Shown in pieces: positions 1 to 11,904 of a stretch of 64,000 bases of DNA. This stretch comes from Eledone cirrhosa (lineage: Eukaryota): assembly GCA_964016885.1 (NCBI GenBank), contig OZ024743.1, positions 319,734,001 through 319,798,000 of the forward strand, in the 5' to 3' direction. Below the pieces are notes generated by a model. The model worked only from the letters and a program-made list of their open reading frames with translations. It was not told the origin of the DNA and made no database searches. The first letter of the stretch is position 1, and each line of letters begins with the position of its first letter. The position numbers and the translations under genes are program-made.

Positions 1-2
1 AT

Positions 3-590
3 ATGGCCCAAAACATCGCTAAAATAAACAGTAAAAATCTAAATCAAAATCAACATAATGATATTAATAATAGTGTTAATATAAATAATAATAAATCAAA
101 ATGTAATTGTAGAAATAAACCAGATTGCCCTCTGCAAAATAATTGTTTGGATAGAAATTTGGTGTATAAATGCATCGTAAAAACAAATAACAACACATAC
201 AACTACATAGGAGCAACTTCTACATTTAAGGCTAGATTTGCGAATCATAAATGCTCATTCTCGAATTCTAATAGGAAATCTTCGACTTCTTTATCACAGC
301 TTATATGGTCATTAAAAGACAAAAATTTAAAATACTCGATCTTTTGGACGAAGCTTTGTAATAGTGGAGTTTATCTCAACTTCTGTACAAAGGAGACCCG
401 AGGTTGACTTTTCCTTTCATCCTTACGGGGTCGATAAAATAAAGTACCAGTAATACACTGGGTAATTGCTGGCCTTGTGCCTAACGTAGAAACAATTAAT
501 AATTAATAATTATGAAAACTTAATTCACAAAAAAAGTGAATTATTCTCAAACTGCCTTCATAAAGCTTTGTCTACATTCCAAGCCTCACA
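3..590 (+). mobile_element. Penelope-like element GIY-YIG endonuclease fragment, interrupted by a SINE
   Basis: ORF 3-407 has CNC..CPL...C, LVYKC and YIGAT..FKARFANHK motifs typical of PLE GIY-YIG domains. After the SINE (398-498) the frame resumes as NYENLIHKKSELFSNCLHK. Confidence 0.85.
398..498 (+). mobile_element. 5'-truncated tRNA-derived SINE
   Basis: Matches the 3' half of the full copy at 1464-1651 (CCGAGGTTGACTTT..CCTTTCATCCTTACGGGGTCGATAAAATAAAGTACCAG). Confidence 0.85.
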
Positions 591-1087
591 AAAAGTCAGG
601 AAGAAACACTAAGCAATCAAGCCTGATTTTCGACGTCTATCATCAACTGTTGAACATATAAGTTTATAAAACTTTAATAATTGCTTTATCTTCTAATCAT
701 TTATAATGGAATTAATGTTTGAATGAATGACACTTTTTTGAAAATTTGTTTACTTGATAGATATGCATGCCCTAGGGTTTTGGGGATATTTTTGACTTTG
801 GCTCAGATCTTTATTTTTCTGTCTATGTTAAATATACACTTTAGATATCTAACCTATAGATTTACTGATTTTAATTTGAACTATGGATAATTCATGCGTT
901 TACATATTTTATGTATATATATATTTTTTTTACTCATTTTGCGAGGGTTTGGGGGGACTCAGAAAGTTGGACTTGTGCTTTGCTTTTTTATGTATATTTA
1001 ACAAACCATAATAGCTGACAAATATTGGTTTATTTCTCCACTGAACTGGAGGTAAAACTACTAACTCTGATTATAATCGATATTTTT

Positions 1088-1335
1088 TATTAAATGTATA
1101 CCGTTTCATTAATACCTAGTATATCTATATATAGTTTGTACAAATATCTTTATCTAGTATAATGTAACATAATCGTAGTTACATTTGTATAAAATTAAAA
1201 ACAAGGATTGTAATTATTATTCTTTATTAAATGTATACCGTTTCATTAACACCTAGTATATCTATATATAGTTTGTACAAATATCCTTATCTGGGGTAAT
1301 AGCATAATCGTAGTTACATTTATATAAATAATTAA
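1088..1335. repeat. Two-copy direct repeat, period about 137 bp
   Basis: TATTAAATGTATACCGTTTCATTAA.ACCTAGTATATCTATATATAGTTTGTACAAATATC occurs at ~1088 and ~1226. Confidence 0.8.
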
Positions 1336-1463
1336 AACACTCAAATGACATTATTATAAATGTTTCGTTTTCCCTGGAAGGTCGAACTTATATAATAATT
1401 TACTTAATACAATATATGAACAAATAATAAATTGTAGTCTTGGTATATTATGATCAATACACA

Positions 1464-1651
1464 GGGCGGTGGATTGGGAGTATCGGTAGAGGCTCGGACG
1501 CCATGCTTTGACGCATAGTGTTACGGCCATTGCCATTCTGAGTTCAAATCCCGCCGAGGTTAACTTTGCCTTTCATCCTTACGGGGTCGATAAAATAAAG
1601 TACCAGTAATACACTGGGTAATTTTCTGGCCTTGTGCCAAAAGTAGAAACA
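1464..1651 (+). mobile_element. Full-length tRNA-derived SINE with 17-bp target-site duplication
   Basis: A-box-like TGGGAGTATCGG and B-box GAGTTCAAATCC. The body resembles the Meta-domain motif GCCTTTCATCCT..GGGTCGATAAA. TSD ATTATGATCAATACACA at 1447-1463 and 1652-1668. Confidence 0.9.
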
Positions 1652-2407
1652 ATTATGATCAATACACACATATATGTATGGCTGAAAATTCTGACCTCTT
1701 AAGTTTAATTATAGGACCTGTTAATACTTTAGGCACTCTATTTTACAATAAATTCCTTAATAGTTATAACTGTAAATATCTCATAAATTATATTATAGAA
1801 ACTGTTGTCAATATTAGAAGTAATTTTTGGCAAAGATTACCTTTGTGGGATATCGAACATTACATGTATATTTTTCTTTCTTTCGCGGGTTTTGTAAATC
1901 CTTTAAATATGTCTTCATAAAATTTGAATTTTAGAAATTTAACACAATTATATTATAATATTAATACAAATACCCATCAACTTTTAAAACCTATAATTTG
2001 ATTATTTACCCTGAAATAACATAAATTAAATATTTTCAAAATTAACCGCCACCCTATATGAATATGTGTAGGTAGTAACTTGAGCATAAATTACTCCCCT
2101 TTGTCTCTCTCTCTCTCTTAATTTATCTTTTATTTGTTTCCTTAAGCTAAATACTAAATAAGTTATAACATCAGATACGTCTTCCTATATGCTTTCTTCT
2201 CCAGCGTATTTTTCTAGTAGTTTTTTCTATAACTGCTACATAGATATTTCTTAAAATATATTACTCACACACTCTCTCTATTGATTCTATTACGTTCTCT
2301 CATGTTCTCAATATTAGGTTATAAATATTGAGTTTTCTCATAAGTTAATCTCTACCTTGATTAAATCTTAACCATCTATCATGTCAGGGCATGTCATCTA
2401 TGATTTT

Positions 2408-2472
2408 ATTTTATCTGATGAGGACGTACTGTTGAACTTAATTCAGTACCTCTGAAATATGTATAATAAAAT
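2408..2472 (+). ncRNA. Type-I hammerhead ribozyme motif (PLE pseudo-LTR type)
   Basis: ATTTTAT-CTGATGA-[GGACGTACTG..CAGTACCTCT]-GAAA-TATGTA-TA-ATAAAAT: 7-bp stem I, intact core, long stem II, near-palindromic stem III. Lies downstream of the + strand GIY-YIG remnant. Confidence 0.75.
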
Positions 2473-2511
2473 TTAATTGATCACAAGAATATGTTTTGTT
2501 AATACTTGGAA

Positions 2512-2515
<4 letters not shown>

Positions 2516-2583
<68 letters not shown>

Positions 2584-2589
2584 GCATAC

Positions 2590-2637
<48 letters not shown>

Positions 2638-2640
2638 TAT
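2516..2640. repeat. (TA)n microsatellite
   Basis: Directly visible. One of many (TA)n tracts separating elements in 2.5-17.9 kb. Confidence 0.95.
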
Positions 2641-3685
2641 AACTTTGAATATCTTTGAAATGTTTTGGCCAGTATTGGCCCAGGCCATGTCTAACTTAAT
2701 AACACCACCTGGCGAAATCTTTCAATTCAGGATTTGGGCACCATGGCCCATTCGAGAAGAGAATTACTGTTTGCGGAGACATATCCGGGTGTGGATGGTT
2801 TGTCCGGAATTACTTGGAGGAATTTGTCCAAAGACTTCTTGAATTTTGTGTGGTCAGTTTCTGTTTTGACGTGTCCTGGTGTGATGTTGAAGAGAGCAGG
2901 GCCAATTGAGGTGAAATAATTGTGCCGTATTGTTGTTATGAGTTGCGATTTAGATTTTTGTTTGGGACGGATAGCACGGGGCCCAAGCCTTGGGTGTATT
3001 TTGAAGGTGATGCCAACATCATTTGGGCAGTGCTGATGAAACATTTTCCACATCATGCAGATAATATAACGCTCACGGCGACGTTAGAGTGAGTAAAGTT
3101 TCAGCTTTTCTAGTCGACCCCAGTAGTCAAGTTCTGACATGCCATTCTTTTCCGCCCATTGGGTAACAACCAGTAGGTCTGACTGAAGGCTTATCCGGTC
3201 ATCCACGCCATTGATGACCTTTTGGAGCTTGGAATCATCAGCGAAAATTCTAATGTTGGTGTGTTTGATGATGTCAGTGATGTCATTAATATAGATGATG
3301 AAGAGAAGTGGGCCCAACACAGTGCCTTGTGGGGCACCACTACTGACTTTGGCTGGGCTGGATTTGACTCCTTCGACTACAACATGTTGGGTTCTGTTTG
3401 ACAGGAAGCTCTTGATCCACTGCAGTAGCTTTCCAGTGACACCAATATTGGACAGCTTTCTCAGTAGAATGTTGTGATCAACCCTGTCAAAGGCCTTGCT
3501 GAAATCAAGGTAGATAACATCACTGTTGGAACCCTCTCCCAAGGCTCTCAAAATGTCATCAAAGTGATGCAGTAGCTGCGTCAGGCAATACCTTCCATTA
3601 CGGAATCCATGGTGGTTGGAGTTCAGCATATTGTTACTCTCAAGGAAGTGAGTCATTCGCGATCTCACCATTCTCAAATACCTTA
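2641..3685 (-). mobile_element. CR1/Jockey-group LINE RT and 3' end, 5'-truncated with internal deletion
   Basis: Translation contains HGFRNGR, VIYLDFSKAFDRVDH, GAPQGTVLGPLLFIIYINDI and FADDSKL, then jumps to DYWGRLEKLKLYSL and IPDKPSTPGY..SNSLL. Confidence 0.9.
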
Positions 3686-3688
3686 ATG

Positions 3689-3889
<201 letters not shown>

Positions 3890-3890
<1 letters not shown>

Positions 3891-4260
3891 AAATGGAAAA
3901 AAATGAAATTTCATTTCTCACTCTTAGTACAGCTGATACTTAAATATAAGTATGTATACGTACATACATATATGTATACAGACGTACAGTAGTATGTATA
4001 TACATACATACATGCACACATAACACATATATATATATGTACGTATGGGTTTACCGAACATTTATTATAATGCTCGGTTTGTTTGTAAACAAACAACGCG
4101 AATTATTAGCCGTACAGTGTTCAGCAACCATCGTTGCCATTTTGTTCAACACTGACAAAGGAACGATGGACAAGTTTCTAGCTTATTAGCTGTCATCAGC
4201 ACCTTATACATTCCTGTCAGTTGATTGAACGTTTGAAAGTATATACTTTCCTTATGCATA
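3890..4260 (-). mobile_element. Diverged partial copy of retrozyme family A
   Basis: Colinear with 16763-17116 (CACTCTTAGTAC, CCGAACATTTATTATAATGCTCGG, GTTCAACACTGACAAAGGAACG, CTTATGCATA). Confidence 0.8.
4164..4204 (-). ncRNA. Minimal type-I hammerhead ribozyme
   Basis: Minus strand reads GGTG-CTGATGA-C-AGCT-AATA-AGCT-A-GAAA-CTTG-TC-CATC. Core conserved and stem I still pairs despite substitutions relative to 17029-17069. Confidence 0.75.
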
Positions 4261-4930
4261 TCTGCAACATCGTCAGTGCTATTATGTTCCTCCTCTTGTA
4301 TTGTATATTTACGCCATCTTTATTTAATCTGTTTACTTATTTATTTATTTATTTATTTTTGTCTTCTTCTCTACGCATGCGTTTGCGTTTGCGTGTGTGT
4401 ATAGTGTTTGGTGTGTGTTCGCGTTTGGGTGACTGTGTTTTGGTTATTGTATTCTATCTTAGTTTACTAGTGTGTGCTTATTGTGCTTGTGTATATATTT
4501 ATTTATATTTCCCTTAAGTCAGTATTGTTTGTTTAGCTTTGGCCTTCTAAACTTGCCTCTGTTTAACTTTGGCCTTCTAAGTTTTATTTCACTTGCCTCT
4601 CTGATTTGCCTATCTGCTGGGTCATTTTTATGTTTAGATATTATTTTATTTCTATGTTGTCTATGTTACCGTCATGTTGTTGTCTGGCGTGTTCGTATAG
4701 TACTGAACCGTTTTTTCATCCTTTTAGTTCCCCCCAGTGTTGGTCTATCCTTTCACCTATGCTACGATCTGTCTCGCCTATGTATGTTGTTGTCATGTTT
4801 CTGCAAGTACCCTCTGTACATCTTATGCTATAGACTACGTTTCTAGTTTTACAGTTTTTCCGGGGGTTTACTTTACATATAATACATTTGTTGATAAGTA
4901 TTCAACAGAGTTATGTCCATAACAGAGATG
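4261..4930 (-). mobile_element. Penelope-like GIY-YIG remnant with pseudo-LTR ending in a half hammerhead
   Basis: Minus-strand translation ~4900-4530: CIICK..CKTRNVVYSIRC..YIGETDRSIGERIDQH..VLYEHARQQH..DPADRQIREASEIKLRRPKLN, with a stop and frameshift. Downstream GCA-CTGACGA-TGTTGCAGA at ~4279-4261. Confidence 0.8.
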
Positions 4931-5289
4931 AAGCACTTGGCAGATAAAATGTATCTGGAGTATTATAATAATAATAGTATTAAATGGAAAATATATCACT
5001 ATAGTATCATCAGTTATTTCGTTATTTATATTTGAGGGATACTAATTTAGACAAAATACAATATTTGATGTATAAAAATGTGACATACCCATAAAATAGA
5101 ACTTATGCTGTCAATTTAAAATGGGTATTTGATTCAAAATCTCAAAATTTCCTAGGATGTAAATTAATTGGGAAAAAACAAATAAACAAATAATAATTAT
5201 GGCCTGGAAAAAGAGGAATATAATAATTTAATATTAAGGGAGCTTAGAAAAGACTACATAAAAACAAGCAAAGAAGATCTTCAACCATT

Positions 5290-6300
5290 AATAACGAAGC
5301 CTTCAAGATTATCTCCAAACTAGGAATAGAACACAGGACAAAACCTTTTGCACCTAGACAACCAAAACTAAACATGAAAGATCATAAAAACAATTTTGAA
5401 TCTGATCTACCTGTCAGACTCATAGTCCCCTTTAAATCGGATCTGGGGATTATAAACAAAAGCATATTAGATAGAATTATACCGATCTTAAAATTGAAAT
5501 CACGTCTGAAACTTTGGAATGGAACTAATGAAATGATTGACTGGTTTGTAAACCTTAAATCTAAAAGAAACACTAAATTCATCCAAATGGATATAGCAAA
5601 CTACTATTCTTCTATAAGTACTTAACAAAGCCTTAATTTATGCATCAAAACATACAGATCTATCAAGCGATGAAATAAACATCGTCTTAACGGCGAGGAA
5701 AACACTTATTGACTTTAACGGCGATCTTTGGACCAGAGCTGATAGACCAGGAAATTTCGATATCACCATGGGATCCTCGGACTCAGCTCAGGTCACGGAC
5801 CTCGTTGGTATTTTCTTCCTTAACTCTATACATAGAAAACTGCCGGAAATTGCGGGAGGTGTATATCGTGACGATGCATTTTTTTTAGTAAATAACTATA
5901 GCAATAGTGCCCTTAATAAAAAAAAAAGAAAATCATAATTGACTTCTTTAGTAATTATGACCTTAAACTAGAAATAGAAAACAATAATAAAATAGTAAAT
6001 TTCCTAGACATTACCTTAAATCTTAAATCTGGCCCATACTACCAATTCCATAAGTTAAATGAAAACCTAAATTATGTTAGCTTCTATTTCAACCACTCTA
6101 AAAACATTAAGAAAGCTATAGTTAATAGTGTTCAACTTAGAATTTCTAGACTCTCCGTTAATACAGATATATTTGACAATAAGGCAGAATACTATGATGA
6201 GACCCTACAGAGAGCAAGCTACTCTAATAAATTTAATTAAATAGATAAGGATAATTTGATACCCCATATTATAAAAGAAATAATTCCTCTAATATTTATA
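5290..6300 (+). mobile_element. Penelope-like reverse transcriptase remnant (pseudogenised)
   Basis: MKDHKNNF..VRLIVPFKSDLG..FIQMDIANYYSSIS, then FDITMGSSDSAQVTDLVG, GGVYRDDA and VNFLDITLNL in frameshifted segments. Confidence 0.85.
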
Positions 6301-6438
6301 ACATAAATAACCCTCATAACCAGCATAACTTACATATAAACATAAACAACAAATCGAATAGAAAAGCCAGGATTAGTATCCTTGAAATATATATAATAAA
6401 TTGATGCTATAGTGATATATTTTCCATTTATTACTATT

Positions 6439-6512
<74 letters not shown>

Positions 6513-6551
6513 CACACACACACATATATATATATACATACACACACACAC

Positions 6552-6601
<50 letters not shown>

Positions 6602-6607
<6 letters not shown>

Positions 6608-6930
6608 TTGCGAGGTATTTGATATGAAATCGTGTGTCGAAAGAAATATTGTTATACTTGTGGAGGGTCATATTGTAGTAATAATATTGCCAGAAATAAT
6701 AACAGAACACACTCACTGTTCGGTTGGTTTTCGCTTCTGTATCTTTTATATCTCCATAGTTAATTTATTTGGCAATCAATGTTCATCATTGACTGACCAA
6801 CGGTTAAAAATACAGATATAAATATGTATATATAGTCTATCAAAGTTCTTTAGTTGCACATCTGCAACATCATCAGTGATACTATTATCATGTTCCCTTC
6901 TATTGTATTGTAATGCTTATGCCATTTTTA
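6602..6930 (-). mobile_element. PLE pseudo-LTR fragment with mutated hammerhead (6839-6880)
   Basis: Reverse-complement similar to 9590-10040. Minus strand reads ATCA-CTGATGA-T-GTTGCA-GATG-TGCAAC-TAAA(for GAAA)-GAAC-TT-TGAT. Confidence 0.7.
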
Positions 6931-6985
<55 letters not shown>

Positions 6986-7024
6986 CATGTGTATATGTAC
7001 ATTTATATATATATAGTCATATTT

Positions 7025-7066
<42 letters not shown>

Positions 7067-7225
7067 ATATGTGTGTATATATATATATATATATAATCAT
7101 ATGTGTATATATATATATTTATATATGTATATATATACTCATATGTGTATATATATATATATATATACCGCGATAAATTAACGGAGCTGTAGACTCTCGC
7201 TATTCCCTGCCAATAATGTACTCAT

Positions 7226-7397
7226 ATCGGTAGAGGGTCGGACGCCATGCTTTCCAGCATAGTTACGTCCCTTTACGATCTGAGTTCAAATCCCGCCGAG
7301 GTTGACTTTGCCTTTCATCCTTACGGGGTAGATAAAATAAAGTACCAGTAATGCACTGGGCAATTGCTGGCCTTGTGCCTAAAGTAGAAACAATTAT
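7226..7397 (+). mobile_element. tRNA-derived SINE
   Basis: Same family as 1464-1651, slightly 5'-truncated. Confidence 0.9.
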
Positions 7398-7487
7398 TTC
7401 ATAGGTTATAGATTCCATACACTGGTGGTTTTTTCCTGTTTTATTGATAGCGCACTGTATCTCTCTAGTGTGTTACCTTTTCAACAT

Positions 7488-7556
<69 letters not shown>

Positions 7557-7560
<4 letters not shown>

Positions 7561-8061
7561 AAATAACGAAACGAAATTAAATTTCGCTTCGTTTGTAAAG
7601 TGAGTTACAAACGAAGCGAAATTTAATATGACTGACGCTTAAACAATTAAGTTAAAAATGTACATCCACATATGTATACTGAAATACTAGTATGCATATG
7701 AATACACACACGTGTACATATGTAGATGTACCGAGTTTTTCACTGGACACTTTACTGTGAGTGTTCAGCTTAGTCTGTATGTAAACACACAGACAAACCG
7801 GTTTTTAGAGTCATACTGGTTTTCGAGGAAACACCTTTCCTCTATTCTCCAGAAAGCCAGACAGGAATATTGGACTAGTTTCGATGTTGTTACATCTCAT
7901 CAGCAATATTTACATATCCTCCGGCCTTTCTAGAGAATCGTAAAAGCACATATCGTTATATGCCTTTTCTATGAAAATTAGTAGTGGGCAGACTAATTTG
8001 CATAGAGCGTGAGTACGTACCGGTTCAGCGGGGACGATACAAACAATTTTAACTTAATTGT
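7557..8061 (-). mobile_element. Retrozyme-like non-coding unit (family B) between (TA)n tracts
   Basis: About 500 bp with no credible ORF. Contains a hammerhead at 7866-7910, a 23-bp perfect hairpin at 7576-7627 and ATTTGCAT near 7997. Confidence 0.7.
7866..7910 (-). ncRNA. Canonical minimal type-I hammerhead ribozyme
   Basis: AATATTG-CTGATGA-GATGT-AACA-ACATC-GAAA-CTAG-TC-CAATATT: perfect 7-bp stem I, 5-bp stem II, palindromic stem III, GUC cleavage triplet. Confidence 0.92.
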
Positions 8062-8658
8062 ATATATATATATTTACACATATTTTTCCCCCGCTGTGAC
8101 CCGTCTATTTCGTTCTTACTGCTTCCTCTTTCTCTGTATCTTTACCCTAACAGTCACTCTCTCTGTTAGCCTCTTCCTCACCCTTCACTCACTCACTCTC
8201 TGTTACTACCTCTCCTCCTCCTCCTTCCTCACGTTTGACCTGTGCGTAATTCTTTTCTTTCGCACGCTTGGTCAGGCTGGTTCGCTTTTTTTCTCTCTCT
8301 CGTCTACGATTTCACAGAACTTATGTTCACCGAATTCACAGACTAGATTCCTTCTTCCTCCCGTTAGACCTGTACGGAATTCCATCATTGCTCACATTCC
8401 AACCAGGTTTGATGGTCTTTATTCTCTCTCGTTCACGATTTCACCGAACTTATATTCATGGAAATTTGGGACTTGACTCGTTCTTCCTCACTTTTCGTTG
8501 CTTCACCATCTTTGTTTGTTTACACTCTCGCTGTTCCCTTTATTTACGTGTCCCAACGACTTTTTTTAGCCGTTGCTCGCACCAACCGGAGGTATATGGT
8601 CTTTAAAGCGAAGAAATACCGATGATGGTTGGAAGATCACTGATGAAGGACCACTTTA

Positions 8659-8693
<35 letters not shown>

Positions 8694-8934
8694 AAATAGT
8701 GAAAAGGAAAAAAGTGTTTTTCAGTAGAAAATACTGGAGAGATTTGTTTCAATATAATATGAATGGTTTCAGCATTATATGCTTTTTTAACTACGGATGG
8801 GCAAAATGCATTTAAGTTGCATGTCTATACGAAAAATAAAAAGGCGAAGAAAAATTATTAGTTTTTACATACATATTTAGAGAGGCAGGTTCATATCTCT
8901 GTCTCTGGTTGTCCTTCGTTCTCTGCCGTTTCGG

Positions 8935-9030
8935 ATCTAGCTGTCGAAGTGGCCGGAGCTCAGCCGTCGGGGTCCTGACTCTTTTCCTATTACCCACTCT
9001 TCTCCCCTAAGTATCGAGTACTTTGGTGAA
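8935..9030. repeat. Short GC-rich dispersed repeat (further copies at 10076-10275 and 10303-10435)
   Basis: Shared GAGCTCAGCCGTCGGGGTCCT..CCTATTACCCACTCT..GAGTACTTTGGTG. Confidence 0.75.
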
Positions 9031-9073
9031 CCACCAGTGTGAGAAGAATATAAGCTACTAGTGGTATTTATAC

Positions 9074-9112
<39 letters not shown>

Positions 9113-9120
<8 letters not shown>

Positions 9121-9170
9121 GAGATAGAGTGTCCGTGGTGTTCAGCACGGACACTCTATCTCAAAATTAT
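9113..9170. repeat. Perfect 25-bp inverted repeat abutting (TA)n
   Basis: ATAATTTTGAGATAGAGTGTCCGTG, 8-nt loop, CACGGACACTCTATCTCAAAATTAT. Confidence 0.95.
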
Positions 9171-9530
9171 TTTTGAAAAGCATTTAGAAATGCGCAGCCT
9201 GTAAAAGCTTAAAAACTTAAAACCACAACTGAATACTAACCCATACAATCACTAATACTCTTTTATTCCTAATTAAACCATTTTTCAACTGTGAACAATT
9301 TGTCAGCATTTTCTATTCCGTTTACCAATATATAATAACTTGTGTGTTACACCTCTATTCTTTTAACTATATATATATATATATATAATATGTGAGAAAA
9401 ACCACAGACCCTCCATCTCAACTCTACTTTTGAAAAGCAGAAGAACTGCAAAACCGGTAAAGGAACCAAATTAATATATATTCTTTTTAAAAATAAGACT
9501 CCAGTTGCATTTTCGATTTAATCTCTTTTG

Positions 9531-9578
<48 letters not shown>

Positions 9579-9579
9579 G

Positions 9580-10039
9580 AATGGAACAGCAACATCACAA
9601 CTTACAATTAAGGACAAAATGAAAACACACACACACATAGAACAAACAACCAACCAGTAACATGTAAATAAACAAATAAATAAATAAACAAATATAAACA
9701 CACACAGGCACCCGGATGTAACACATGCGCAAACTAAGCACACAACACACACAAAAACAAAATGGCGTAGGACAGAATAAAGGAGAGGCATAAAAACAAA
9801 GAAAAGAATCCCCAGTCACTGACGAGGTCACAGAATGTGTGACGAAAGAACTTTGACATATATGAACAATCGTCTGGTTGTGGAACCAGCCAACCGGAAA
9901 TTTATAAATTTAATTTATAATAAATTGAAGTGAAATCAACTGGTGCGTGTGTTTCTTATTGGCAACATGACCCTCCCAAAGCATAACAATATCGGTTTCA
10001 ACACACGTTTTCAGATAAAGCTAAACAAATTCGGAAACG

Positions 10040-10042
<3 letters not shown>
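9580..10042 (+). mobile_element. PLE pseudo-LTR fragment with hammerhead at 9815-9857
   Basis: GTCA-CTGACGA-G-GTCAC-AGAATGT-GTGAC-GAAA-GAAC-TT-TGAC. Stems I and II covary with the 6839-6880 copy. Confidence 0.75.
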
Positions 10043-10075
<33 letters not shown>

Positions 10076-10080
<5 letters not shown>

Positions 10081-10196
10081 AACGAGTAGGATCCCGACGG
10101 CTGAGCTCAAGCCGTTTCGACGGCTAATTCTTTTTAGTCCAGATTTAGCCGTCGAAACGGCTTGAGCTCAGCCGTCGGGGTCCTACTCGTTCCTAT
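10076..10196. repeat. 52-bp inverted repeat (one mismatch) abutting (TA)n
   Basis: Arms 10076-10127 and 10145-10196. Confidence 0.95.
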
Positions 10197-10432
10197 TACC
10201 CACTCTACTACCCTAAATATTGAGTACTTTGGTGTGTTATGGTCCACCTTGTTCCTTACCACATTTCCTTCGTTATATATATTTATATATATATATATAT
10301 ATAACGGAGGAGTTGTGGTAAGGAACTAGATGGATCATAACGCACCAGAGTACTCCACTAGTAGAGTGGGTACTTTAGTCCAGAAATATCCGTCGAGACG
10401 GCTTGAGTTCTGCCGTCGGGGTCATACTTTCT

Positions 10433-10499
<67 letters not shown>

Positions 10500-10544
10500 T
10501 AATAGGAACCCGGTGCCAGGGTATCATCATTCAGGTGTGACGCC

Positions 10545-10870
10545 ACACCAGAATACTTAGAATGGCACTCATTGTGTCACGGAGCAGTCATGAAATAAAC
10601 TCAGGACTTTATGATAATCTTCCAAAGGTTTCATTAAAAGTTCAACAAAGAAGTATGCGTCACGCAGGCAACTACTTGAGACAGAATGATGAAGTGATAA
10701 GTTATGTCTCTGGCAACCTACTGAGGGGAGGAGCTGTGGAGAAAAATCACCTACGTGGACACAGAGATGGAGATAGTACAGGAGCTGAAGTCCATCATGA
10801 ATGATTATGGCAAACGGAAGTAACATGTGGAATCAGTGAGGCATCCCACTGCACAACCAAGGATAGGGGG
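10545..10870 (+). mobile_element. RTE-like LINE 3' fragment
   Basis: TRILRMAL..S...H..N..LYDNLPKVSLKVQQRSMRHAG resembles the C-terminus of RTE-group ORFs. Confidence 0.65.
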
Positions 10871-11251
10871 AAGATATATATATATACATACACGCATGGC
10901 CTGATATTATAGTCGATTGCTGACAACCTGTGCTTTTGGTTGATCGATATATCTCCTATCATTTCGTTACTGGATTAAAACCAAATAAAAAGAAAGAATA
11001 TGTTTGTATAAATATAAGTTCTGCAGAACAACTAAGGCCTTCTTCAAATCATTTCGTTTCTACATTATCGAGTTACTACAACAAAAGCTACTACAAATGT
11101 CTAAATTGTTCTGTGAACATCTGTACTTGATTAGTGTCATCAATTACTGTGGCTTTTCCTCGACTCCTATTGCTATGACGACATGCCACCAGCAATCAAT
11201 CTAAATGCAAATATCATCAATAAATATGCAATTTCCAATGACGAGAAATTA

Positions 11252-11352
<101 letters not shown>

Positions 11353-11499
11353 GTATGACAAACCTCTGATAGTTAATGTGACACTCGACTGTGTGATGAA
11401 GAGAAACACTGAAGAGTCACATTTCCTATCGGTTAATATATATGTATGTATATGTATATATATAAATATATAATTTAGCGAGGTTTTTTATATGAAATC

Positions 11500-11821
<322 letters not shown>

Positions 11822-11904
11822 GGAGGTGAGTTTTATTGTAGTACAATAAAGCAATGCAGATATCGGATAAGTAGCACTCTACAGTTTGTAGGACTGGAGT
11901 ATAC

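Noticed and set aside
5000-5025. CTGATGA on minus near the RT-flanking inverted repeat
   Set aside because: No GAAA at the right position and no convincing stem I.
8590-8660. CCGATGA and CTGATGA motifs suggesting a hammerhead or C/D snoRNA
   Set aside because: No GAAA-stem III-UH arrangement follows, and the sequence runs into (TA)n.
11365-11432. Hairpin containing CTGAAGA
   Set aside because: The opposite strand of the stem is not followed by GAAA, so it does not fit any hammerhead topology.
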